Below, piece after piece: positions 53,224-62,960 of a DNA stretch of 64,000 bases. Source of the stretch: Microbotryum violaceum (taxonomy: Eukaryota); NCBI GenBank assembly GCA_001244265.2, contig CDLV01000013.1, positions 372,001 to 436,000 on the forward strand. The letters are read 5' to 3'. A program made the translations under genes and the position numbers. Every line of letters begins with the position of its first letter. The stretch's first letter is position 1. The notes under the pieces were generated by a model. It was not told where the DNA came from, did not search any database, and worked only from the letters and a program-made list of their open reading frames with translations.

Positions 53224-54329
53224 GATAGCGGTGAGAGGTGTTGAGAGCGACGAGCCGAGAGTTGAGGTGCGAGCGCGTCGCGACGGGTGACGGCGGAGAC
53301 CGGTGCCAGTGGGAAAATGAAGAGGTCAAGCTCTGCAAAGAGCGACGAGCTGTAGTAGGATAACGAACAATTCCGGGTCAGCCGCATGTTCTCCGGGGAG
53401 CGGTGCAGCAGCGATGACGAAGGGCTGACCTGCAAGCTGATCCGAGGACGGTGGGTTGTCCGCGTGGACCGTATAAGCTATGAGCGACGACACGAAGGTG
53501 GTGTAAACTGGTGCTCGGTAGCGGACCTGGGTGTGTGGAATCACCGCTGCGACCAGGCTCGCTCGTCGAGGTCGAGGATGACCAGCGCGGGCGTGGGCAG
53601 CTCTGCTCGCTGGCAGGCCACTGGAGCAGGCCACTGGAGCAGAGCTGGAGCCAGTCGGGTCGGGAGGGCGGGCTCGAGTGGGACCCGGTGGGGAAGGACT
53701 CGGTGGGGGTGAAGGACCTTGCACGATTTCAGTCGTGGAGGGAACCTCGACTCCGTAGTCACTCGTTCAGAGCACGCTCCAGTCGGTGCAGTCGCTCCTG
53801 ACGAGCACGGCCGACAGCCTGGTCAGGATCCGAGCCACCTCGACTCGGTCACCTCGTCACCGTGCCCGCGGCCAAGGCTTTGACTAGAAAGTGGGAGCTG
53901 GTGGCGTCAAATGGCGCGCCGAGTGGAGGCGAACTCCCGCCCGGCGATGAAAAGCGGCCCGTTAATCCGTGCGGCCGTTATTATTGGCCGTTGACGATGC
54001 CTCTCAGTATACGGTATACGGTACCTCTCAGTCACTTTTTAGGATCACCAAACGGCGCTTCAAACTCCCGACGAAAGTGGTCCGAACGACGAACGGGAGG
54101 GAATAGAGTTGCGTAAAGAGAGGCCCAAACAACCAGTGTAGAAAGAAATAAGAGCAGACTTGAAAAGAATATACCAGGGAATCTTTAAAAAGTATTTAGA
54201 GCGACGTAGGAACACAAGAAAAACGCCGGGGAAGAGTGAAAACGCGAACGATGGGGACAAAGGCGAGGAACGACTCCGAGGCACGTCCCTCGGTTCGCCA
54301 AGAGTACCTGAAAGCGACAGAGTGATCCT

Positions 54330-57060
54330 CTACAACAACGTCGCGAAGGCTACACCGATCGCACCAGTCAAGACCGCTCCAACGGAAGAGCGCAAGCCAA
54401 ATGCCGAGGAGGGCTTGTTTTGTTGTACACCCGGTGTCGAGGGAGGGAGTGTGCCGGCGTTGGTGTTGCTGTTCGGGTTGTCATTGTTCGAGCCGTCACC
54501 GCCCGTCGTCGAGTTGTTGGCCGCATTGCAGTCCTGTATGCCCACAGTCATAGTCTTGTTGTAGTCCGCTTGGTTGCAAGCTGGACGAGCAATCAACGTG
54601 TATGTCAGCTCCTCCTCTAAGGTTCCGCTGCAGCGAGAAACCGAAGACGGTTGCTCACTCTGGTTCACGCATGCTTTGAATTGCGTGCGGAACATCGAAT
54701 CGTTGCACTGACACTCAACGGTGGTGCACTAAAACCAGACGAGATGCTGTCAGCTTCTCGGAGATCATGATTCGCATGAATAATTCGGCCTCAAGAGCGC
54801 TTAACCGCTCGGAGGATACTCACGTTGCTCTTGGACTTTTCCTGAGCGACGGAGATGCAGGGGTTTGCGCAAGCCGGGTAATTCGAGTCGGCGGCAGAAC
54901 CACCTGCGGGCTCGTTTTCTTTCGAGCCCTGTTCCGTCGGCTTGAAACCGGCGGGGTTCTTGCCAGCTTCGGTTTGGGCTCCGGGCTGCGGCTCACCACC
55001 TTGCTTGCCCTTGGGAAGAGCGGCGGGAGGACCACCGGCGGGGTGCTGGCCCGTCGAGTTGGAACTGGCCGGGTTCTTGCCAGCTTCACCGTGGGCTCCG
55101 GGCTGCGGCTCACTACCTTGCTTGCCCTTGGATTGAGCGGCGGGATGACCACCAGCGGGATATTTCTCCTTCGGGTGCTGTTCCGTCGAGCTGGAACCAG
55201 CGGGGTTCTTGCCAGCTTTGGCGTGGGCTCCGGGCTGCGGCTCACTACCTTGCTTGCCCTTGGGAACAGGGTGGCCGGCCTTCTGGCAGCGGTCAAGGTA
55301 CTTGGGAACGGCTTCCTCGTATGCGGTAGTGTTGGCTGTCACGAAAGAAAGAAGTCGGTTCCAATTGAGCCGATGGGTTTCGCGCGCGATAGGAGGTCAA
55401 CAAGAACGCGCTCACTTGCTTCGCACGTCAACAGCCAGGCATGGTATACCTGACTGGTGCAGCTGCATTTGAGATTATTCTCGGGGCACTGTAGGATCAT
55501 CGCGTGCCGCTTGTCAGTCTGAGGTGCCATGACATGGAGCTTTATCAAACCAGATGCAGGAGCAGGCGCCGGGACTGACCTTAGATTTACGGAGAGCCTT
55601 GGCCTCGCACGAGTCAGCGGCTGTTACTCCGCCCTTGGGCGTCTCGGCAGCATGTCCGGCGGCGGACTTGGCCGGAGGGTTTCCCTTCTCGCCAGATTTG
55701 GGGGCAGGCCTGGGTTGTTTCTCGAGCTGCTTCTTGTAGCCTTCCTTGGGAGTACCAGGGGCCTTGTCGCCCGCGTGCGCGCCATGAGGCGCCTCAGCGG
55801 ACGTCTTACCATGCCCCTCGGGTTGAGGCGTACCCTTCTTGTGGTTGTGACGTTGGGGATTTTCGGGCTTGGTAGTCAGGTTGAACGGGTGGACGAACTC
55901 GGGCTTGAAACCCTTGGGAGGCTTGTTGCCGCGGTAATCGTGCTCGTGCTCGCCATGGTGATGCTTGGAATCAGGCTCGGCGCCGTGCTTGCCCTGACCC
56001 TGGGGAATAGGCAGGGGGGCGAACGGATCACGTGGGCCGGGAGTCTTGCTGAACTTGTGCTGACCAGCAGGCACGTTGAAGGGTTCAGAGCTATCGTGGT
56101 GCTTGGCATGGGGCTTGACCCCAGGCTTGCCTTGCTGCTCGGGAGTAGGCTTGGCCGCCTGCTTGCCAGGGTGTCCGGGTTCGCCCGTGTGCTCGCCATG
56201 ATGCTTGGAAACAGCCTCGCCGTGCTTGTTGTACCTGGTATGGGGCATGTGCCCATGCTTACCGTGACCTTGATACTTGTCTTCGTGCCCGTGTTTGTCC
56301 TTGTCGTCATGGCCGTGGTCGTGGTCGTGCTGTACGGCGCCGTCGTGCTTGTTGTACCTGGCATGGGGCATGCGTCCATGCTTACCGTGATCTTGACGCT
56401 TGCCTTCGTGCCCGTGTTCGTCCTTGTCGTCATGGCCGTGGTCGTGCTTGTGATCGTGCTCATCCGCAGACTTGGCCTTGTGCTGGTAATCAAGGCCGTG
56501 CTTACCAGCGACAGGAGTTTTGTGTGCTTGCTGGCATTCTAAGAGTCGGAGGGTGGGCAATCAGTATAGACATGATGGACCTCAAATCGTCTGAAGGGAT
56601 GGACCTACGTTTCTGGGTGGACGCGTTGATCTTCTCCTCGTGATTGGGGCAGGCTGTGGAAAAGAAAGCGTCGTCTCAGCTTTCGAAAGGAGCTGGTTTC
56701 AAGTGTGCAGGAGGCGCGAGGCGCCTTCCCGCGACCGACGCATTTTTTTTCACGCAGTCTGTGAAGTTCTTTTCAGCTAATTTATCACTCTTACAAACAC
56801 AGTTTGTATCCTCCCATTTGCAACCGCCCTGTGAGAGTATTGGCGAATGAAGCGTCAACGTTGGTCTCGCCCTCTCGCAAGACCAGGGGAGGCGGTGAGG
56901 AGTGGCCAAAAGTCGGGTGTATGCACTAATCGTCACTTACTCCATTGTGATAAGCTTGTTTGCGGCATGTGACGACGCAGCTCTTGACAGCATCTGCAGC
57001 AAGCGCCACTGAAGCGGTCGACGCCGCTAGACCCAGCGCTAGGAGGCGGAAATGAACCAT
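54330..57060 (-). CDS. Predicted secreted, GPI-anchored protein with three CFEM-like domains separated by His-rich and Pro/Gly/Lys-rich repeats; probable +1 frameshift at an A8 tract
   Basis: Signal peptide MVHFRLLALGLAASTASVALA; three Cys modules (C-x3-C...C-x-C) with conserved intron positions; hydrophobic C-terminus SSAFGLRSSVGAVLTGAIGVAFATLL. Confidence 0.8.
54945..55270. repeat. Three imperfect coding tandem repeats (KGKQGSEPQPGAH..AGKNPA)
   Basis: ggctccgggctgcggctcac..ccttgcttgcccttgg recurs three times at ~117 and ~132 bp spacing. Confidence 0.85.
56219..56445. repeat. Two copies of a 123-bp (41-aa) His-rich coding repeat
   Basis: HDHGHDDKD(E/K)HGHE.K.Q.HGKHG.MPH.RYNKH occurs twice. 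Confidence 0.85.
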
Positions 57061-58292
57061 CGCGAGGCAACGGGCGAGTGGACGAGCTGTTGAGCAGTGA
57101 GAGGGGGTTGGGCCAGGAGTATTGAGCCAGGAGCGTTGAGTGAGTACCGTGGGGCCAGGAGCGTGGAACGAGCGACGACGAGTTGGGAGGGGAGTCGAGT
57201 GAAGAGGCGCACGGTGTGGGAGGAAAGAGTAGGAGATCAAGGTGACTTCAGCAAATTTGAGAGGGGGGGGGGGGGGAAACGAGCGGGCCAAAGGGGACAT
57301 ATTGATGGGGTGAGACAGCACAGCCAACCACTCGCGCCTATCGCAGCCCCTTTTGAGCTAGCGCCCAATGCCGCGTGTCTCAAAAAGATCTAACGTGTCT
57401 GTCGAAAGGAGGTCAGGCGCACAAACAGCGTCATCAGCTATTTTTTGTAGCGGAATGTAGTTGGTTTGGTGACCTATGTTTTCGTAGCGAGTGTAGTCGC
57501 TTCGGTGAGCCAGTTTACTACCTCTATACCTTAAGGTATTACCTACCCTAAAAGTAGCAAGAAAAAAGTGTCGATCCACGACCCATGTACCTAGAATTGC
57601 TGTTTGTGACTGTGTTGCGGGGCCGCCTGTATTTGGGCCGCCTGTAGTGACTGTATCAGCATACTGTTGACTCTGGCACCTGCCTGTGGTTTCGGCAGAG
57701 GTCAGATACGACCATTTCTGCATTTTCTGGACCATAAAAGTCGAGCTACAGCCCGAGTACGATTTTTCTCGAGTTTTGAAGTGGTACGGAACGTTTTAGG
57801 GGTATATGCAGTATTTAATGTATAGCAAGCGCGTGGGTTTGCATGACACTTCTTCTACAGAGCTCAGGCGTGGGTCCCCCCCCCTTGTCGTTGACGCGCA
57901 GGTGCGGGCGCGGGTCGATCACGTGACGGACTGTTTACATCGCGACAACGGTTTTAGGGGCTCAACAACAAATGTTTTTATCGTTAGACTAAGGTTCGGC
58001 GGCGCGCGGACGGCTGCAATGTTTGCTGCAACAGCTGCCGTACTGTTCAGTAACGGGAACCTAGTAGTTCAAGTCGGGAGAGGACCGCGCGACGACGATC
58101 AACTGTACAGAGCCTTCATTTCATCATGGAACTACTTTTTTGTTCTCCGGGAGCCCGATGACTCGGATGGGCTCAGACCGTCGTCGAGACCCGCGTCGAG
58201 TGTGGACCTTTTCACGGGTGCCTCCCAACATCGACATCGACATCCCTCACCTGCTATTTACCGGAGCTTCACTATGGAGCTTTGAGATAACT

Positions 58293-58520
58293 CGGAAACT
58301 GCGTCCGATGCAGAGTGAACGGAAGCTCAGCCGATGGCCCTGTCTTGAGCGTGATCCGTGGCAACAAAACAGATTGTCCAGCATGATCTCCTGTGAGAGT
58401 GATGGCCTCGAGCACGCGGGTGTGTGACCGAGTTAACAACAGTCTTGTGCCGTTGCACAGCCCCGCGGGCGGGGTCCAAAGTTCTGAGGAGCATGACTGG
58501 ACATCCCACTTTGAATTTTG
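58293..58520 (-). mobile_element. Helitron PIF1-like helicase remnant, downstream part; truncated after QFP
   Basis: KFKVGCPVMLLRTLD, frameshift, then GLCNGTRLL..LLPRITL..LPFTLHRTQFP. Confidence 0.85.
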
Positions 58521-58638
58521 TGTTGAGTTGACACTTGAGGAGTACACTCTGCAGGCTACATGAGCGCGAGCGCGCGCGGGCTTTCTCTTAGCTTCCTTCT
58601 GATTCGAGCGTTCTAACGTATTGAACCACCTCGAATCA
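58521..58638 (+). repeat. 5' LTR (118 bp)
   Basis: tgttgagttgacac...cctcgaatca, identical to 62826-62943. Confidence 0.92.
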
Positions 58639-58720
58639 GGTCAGTAGTATTCACGGTATCATTGCAATAGTTAACTGAGCGTTCTAACGTATTGAACCAC
58701 CTCGAATCAGACGCTCCACC

Positions 58721-61700
58721 ATGACTGACGAACAGTCAACTATCGACAAGTCCGCCGACGCAGACCCTTCAACACACTCGCAAGCTTCTCATTTCCCCGC
58801 ATTTGCGATTTTGAAAAATAACAACCTCGACGTATGGCTCGATCACGTTCGCTTCACCGTCGACAGACGTCAGTGGCAGCTCTCCTTTCCCAAGCAGTAC
58901 CCATCTGCTAAATGCAAGGACGACGATGAACTCGATCGAGCTCATGATGCGGTACACAAGGCAATGCATCAAACCTGCTCGGAAAGTGTGGCGCATCTTC
59001 TGGTCAGGTGCTACGACATAACGCCGGAGCAGACGGTCGAATACCTTCGAAAGCACCTCGGTCGGTCTTCCCTTCGCGGCATTATCACGCAGGTCGGAAA
59101 GTTGTTCTCGGTCGGACCGCCACCAGCACAGGAAGACGATTATCTTCCTTGGGCCGGATCCATCACTCGCCTCACAACTGACCTACGGGCTCACGATTTG
59201 ACGTTCGAACAAGTGGTTGCATGCCACCTCATTACGATTGTGGGGGCTCGACGACCGTCGTATCTGGATCAGTTCGACTCCAAAGGCGTCGATGCGATAC
59301 CAACTGTCGACACAGTGATCGCAGCAGGTCGAGCTCCAGCAAGCTTGAGTCAAGATACTGGGAACGCTGCGACGGCGTTGTTGGCCACGACTGGTGCCCA
59401 ACCAAAGCCACCCGGCCCCTGCTGGAACTGCGGTCAAGACACCCACTTCAACAAAAACTGTTCCAAGCCGGAAAAGAAGAAGTCTTCACGACGCAAGACG
59501 ACCAAAGGCGAGGAACCGATGGCGAATTTGGCGCTCCCTTCGGTTGAAGACATTCTGGGGATCTATTCCGTTGGCGCGTTCTTCACGCAATTACCAAAGG
59601 GACACTCTCGAGAAATGATCCTCTACGACACGGCAGCGACTCATCATGTCATCAATGATCCTGCCGCGTTCGCCGACCTGAAGGCGACAGCTCCGTCTTC
59701 GTTAGAGGGCATCAATGGTGAGGGAAAGACCATTATGGGAGTAGGCACGGCCTGCGTCGAAGACAAGAACGGCAAGAGGTACAACTTGGTCAACAGCATC
59801 TTCGTCCCTAGTGCCCCCGCCAATCTCTTCGCCGGGCATCGAGCCGATCGTGATAGTCGCAAGATCACCATTCAAAACGGGCGATTCAAGGTGGCGGGTA
59901 ATGGCGACATCCTACTCACGGGACAGAAGCTCAATTCGGGGTTGTACCGTCTGGACCTCAAGTTGGTTCGAGCTCGAAGTGCACCCCTTGACTGTGCGTC
60001 AGCCACAGCTCTGACAGCAGTGCCTCTCCACATCTGGCACGGACGTTTCGCTCATCTGCACTGCCGTTCCCTTCACCAGCTGTCCAAGTCTGACGCTGTG
60101 ATAGGTTTGAACATGAAGTCTCGCAGTGACTTAAAATGCGAATCGTGTCTGGCCGGCAAAGCTACGCACAAGCCGTTCCCAAACTCCGAATCGCGAGCCG
60201 GAAAACCCCTCGATCTCGTCCACATCGATCTTTTGTCCTTCGACGGCGAGCTGTCACTTGCAAACCATCGCTACGCGCTAGTTATCGTCGACGATTGTAC
60301 GCGGTACACGTGGGTGTTGACGATGCCGCGGAAGTCGGACTCCTTTGAAAGGTTCAAAACGTGGAAACTACGGGTCGAGCTGTCGTCAGGGCACACTTTG
60401 AAAGTTGTCCGTTCGGACCGCGGTGGCGAGTTCCTTTCGACGGAGTTCAAGCGATGGTTGGACGACACGGGTTTGTCGCGACAACTCACGATCCCCAGCA
60501 CGCCCGAGCAAAACGGTGTCGCTGAAAGGGCCAACCGCTCGATTTCGGAAGCAGCTCGAACGATGCTGTATGAATCCGGTCTACCCACGGTGTTTTGGGC
60601 CGAAGCCGTGGCTACATACGTGTATGTGAAGAATCCTTCCCCACACTCTGCCCTTGGTGGCAAGGTGCCATTTCGGGAATGGACCGGGAAACCTGCTCAC
60701 GTTCATCACTTACGGGTCTTCGGATGTCGAGCTTGGCACACGGCGAATACCGAACAACGTAAGAAGCTCCAGCCACGGGGCCTTCTGATGATCTTCCTCG
60801 GATACGACCTCGAATCCAAAGCCTACCGCCTATGGGACCCGGTGAGGGCGCGGTTAACGTTATCGCGAAGCGTAACGTTCTTCGAGGACAAGTTCCCAGC
60901 CCGTGAAGGCGCGCCAGCACCGAGGACACCGACAATTGAGGCGATCGAAGTAGTCGTACCTCGACCAGTCGCGACAAATCGCCATGAAGCTGAGCAACAG
61001 CCGATCGCCGCGGCCCCGGAGGTCGAGGTACACGCCCAGGAGGAAAATCCGGTTGACGACGTTGACCCCGCCGAGCAACGCGGACCAGTTGTAGGAGATG
61101 TACCAAAGGAGCTGCGTTTTGAAGCTCCCGGACCTGCTTGGGCAGCACCGGTCGGAAAGCGGGATCGTAGGGTGCCTGAGCGTTTCGAACCGGAGGCCTT
61201 CGCAGCCGTCGCCGATTCCGACGAGGAGGACGGTCCGTTTGTTTTGCCGACTAGTGATCCCACGACTTGGAAGGCAGCCATGGCCCACCACAAGTCTCAC
61301 GAATGGGTGCAAGGTGCAATCGATGAGTTCGAGTCATTGCGTGATGATTACTCAGTCTTTACGATTATGAAACGAGACGAGCTTCCCGCCGGCGCCAAGG
61401 TTCTCGGGTCCAAGTTCGTTTTCCGAACGAAACGGGACAAGGATGGTCGGCCGACTTCGTACAAAGCTCGACTTGTTGCACGAGGCTTCACGCAACGGCC
61501 GGGAATTGACTTCAAAGAGACGTTCGCACCGACAGCGAAGTTTGTCTCGATTCGTACTCTCATCGCGTTGGCGGCGGCCCGGGGTTACCATATCATCCAA
61601 GCGGACATTGACAAGGCCTATTTGCATGGCGAACTTGAAGAGGAATTGTACATGCGCGTACCGGAGGGAATCCGACTGCCCGACAATGTCTGTCTCAAGT

Positions 61701-62806
61701 TGCACCGCTCGATTCACGGTCTCAAGCAGGCCGGCCGGGTATGGAACGAGACGATCCATAAGACCCTCGTCCAGCTTGGTTGCAATCGTCTTCGGAGCGA
61801 AGAGTGTGTCTATCGTCGAACACTTGGCAAAGACGATTATTACATCGCGGTTTACGTCGACGACTTGCTGTTTGTCGGTCCCGACTTATCCGAAATTGAT
61901 CGCGTGCTCGACGAATTGGATCGATTGTACGGAGTCAAACGTCTCGGCAATGCAGAGTACATCCTTGGCGTCCAGCTCATTCGTCAAGCGGACGGGATTG
62001 CTTTGTCGCAACGACAGTATTTGCTCGATGTACTTGCAAGGTTCGGCATGGCGGATGCTAACAAAAGTGTATTACCAATGCAACCGGGTCTTCAGCTCAA
62101 ACCCTGCGACACTCCGGATCCATCGTTACAGACGCAGTACAGGTCGGCGATTGGATCGTTGATGTACGCCGTCGTTGCAACTCGGCCTGATCTTGCATAC
62201 CCGGTGTTGTACTTGACAAGATTCACGAACAAGGCGGGCAGCGACCATTGGGCGGCAGTTCTGAAGATCCTACGCTACATCAAGGGAACTCTCGAACTCG
62301 GCGTTGTCTACAAGGCGAAACGTGATTCGTTGGTTGGATACGTGGGATACTCGGATTCAGACTGGGGTTCCTGCATCAACACATCCCGATCTACAATGGG
62401 GCATGTCTTCAAGCTGGCTGACGGGACAATTTATTGGAGTTCTCGGATCCAGAGCCGAGTGGCGGCGTCATCAACGGAAGCGGAATACATCGGCTTTACT
62501 CATGCGTCTCGAGAGTGTCAGTTCTTGAGAAATCTGCTCGCGGAATTGGAAATCACGATTTGTGGGCCGATCGAGCTGAAAGGCGACAATCAAGGCGCGA
62601 TAGCTCTCACAAAGAACCCGGTGTTCCACGATCGAACTAAGCACCTACGCCTGACGGAGCATTTCGTTCGAGAACGGGTACGAGAAGGTGACATTGTCGT
62701 TAACTATCTTCCAACCGCCGAGATGCTCGCCGACATGTTTACGAAGGCGATGCCGAGACCGGCACTAGAGCAGCACAGGGCGGCCATAGGGATGGGAATC
62801 ATGTAG
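58721..62806 (+). CDS. Copia Gag-Pol polyprotein (single uninterrupted ORF, 1361 aa)
   Basis: CCHC knuckle CWNCGQDTHFNKNC, protease LYDTAAT, WHGRFAH, integrase HIDL/RSDRGGEF/NGVAERANR, RT YKARLVARG and YVDDLL, RNase H YSDSDW/STEAEY; integrase-before-RT order. Confidence 0.97.
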   Translation: MTDEQSTIDKSADADPSTHSQASHFPAFAILKNNNLDVWLDHVRFTVDRRQWQLSFPKQYPSAKCKDDDELDRAHDAVHKAMHQTCSESVAHLLVRCYDITPEQTVEYLRKHLGRSSLRGIITQVGKLFSVGPPPAQEDDYLPWAGSITRLTTDLRAHDLTFEQVVACHLITIVGARRPSYLDQFDSKGVDAIPTVDTVIAAGRAPASLSQDTGNAATALLATTGAQPKPPGPCWNCGQDTHFNKNCSKPEKKKSSRRKTTKGEEPMANLALPSVEDILGIYSVGAFFTQLPKGHSREMILYDTAATHHVINDPAAFADLKATAPSSLEGINGEGKTIMGVGTACVEDKNGKRYNLVNSIFVPSAPANLFAGHRADRDSRKITIQNGRFKVAGNGDILLTGQKLNSGLYRLDLKLVRARSAPLDCASATALTAVPLHIWHGRFAHLHCRSLHQLSKSDAVIGLNMKSRSDLKCESCLAGKATHKPFPNSESRAGKPLDLVHIDLLSFDGELSLANHRYALVIVDDCTRYTWVLTMPRKSDSFERFKTWKLRVELSSGHTLKVVRSDRGGEFLSTEFKRWLDDTGLSRQLTIPSTPEQNGVAERANRSISEAARTMLYESGLPTVFWAEAVATYVYVKNPSPHSALGGKVPFREWTGKPAHVHHLRVFGCRAWHTANTEQRKKLQPRGLLMIFLGYDLESKAYRLWDPVRARLTLSRSVTFFEDKFPAREGAPAPRTPTIEAIEVVVPRPVATNRHEAEQQPIAAAPEVEVHAQEENPVDDVDPAEQRGPVVGDVPKELRFEAPGPAWAAPVGKRDRRVPERFEPEAFAAVADSDEEDGPFVLPTSDPTTWKAAMAHHKSHEWVQGAIDEFESLRDDYSVFTIMKRDELPAGAKVLGSKFVFRTKRDKDGRPTSYKARLVARGFTQRPGIDFKETFAPTAKFVSIRTLIALAAARGYHIIQADIDKAYLHGELEEELYMRVPEGIRLPDNVCLKLHRSIHGLKQAGRVWNETIHKTLVQLGCNRLRSEECVYRRTLGKDDYYIAVYVDDLLFVGPDLSEIDRVLDELDRLYGVKRLGNAEYILGVQLIRQADGIALSQRQYLLDVLARFGMADANKSVLPMQPGLQLKPCDTPDPSLQTQYRSAIGSLMYAVVATRPDLAYPVLYLTRFTNKAGSDHWAAVLKILRYIKGTLELGVVYKAKRDSLVGYVGYSDSDWGSCINTSRSTMGHVFKLADGTIYWSSRIQSRVAASSTEAEYIGFTHASRECQFLRNLLAELEITICGPIELKGDNQGAIALTKNPVFHDRTKHLRLTEHFVRERVREGDIVVNYLPTAEMLADMFTKAMPRPALEQHRAAIGMGIM

Positions 62807-62825
62807 GCCTTAGAGCGAGGGGGGG

Positions 62826-62943
62826 TGTTGAGTTGACACTTGAGGAGTACACTCTGCAGGCTACATGAGCGCGAGCGCGCGCGGGCTTTCTCTTAGCTTC
62901 CTTCTGATTCGAGCGTTCTAACGTATTGAACCACCTCGAATCA
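62826..62943 (+). repeat. 3' LTR (118 bp)
   Basis: Follows the polypurine tract; identical to the 5' LTR. Confidence 0.92.
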
Positions 62944-62960
62944 GACGCCGAGATTCTAGA

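Larger units (their letters stand above)
58521..62960 (+). mobile_element. Full-length Ty1/copia LTR retrotransposon inserted in the Helitron helicase, with 5-bp TTTTG target-site duplication
   Basis: Identical 118-bp TG..CA LTRs; polypurine tract agagcgaggggggg 62812-62825; TTTTG at 58516-58520 and 62961-62965; removing the element restores helicase LHAAKFKVGCP. Confidence 0.95.

Noticed and set aside
55529-56542. 337-aa very hydrophobic plus-strand ORF resembling a membrane protein
   Set aside because: Antisense of His/Lys/Asp codons of the CFEM gene (CAC read as GTG, and so on)
57806-58285. 159-aa plus-strand ORF next to the Helitron remnant
   Set aside because: No motifs or coding-like composition; lies in repeat-like DNA
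58666-58676. AATAGTTAACT in the copia leader, matching the TIR element subterminal motif
   Set aside because: Only 11 AT-rich nt; chance similarity is likely
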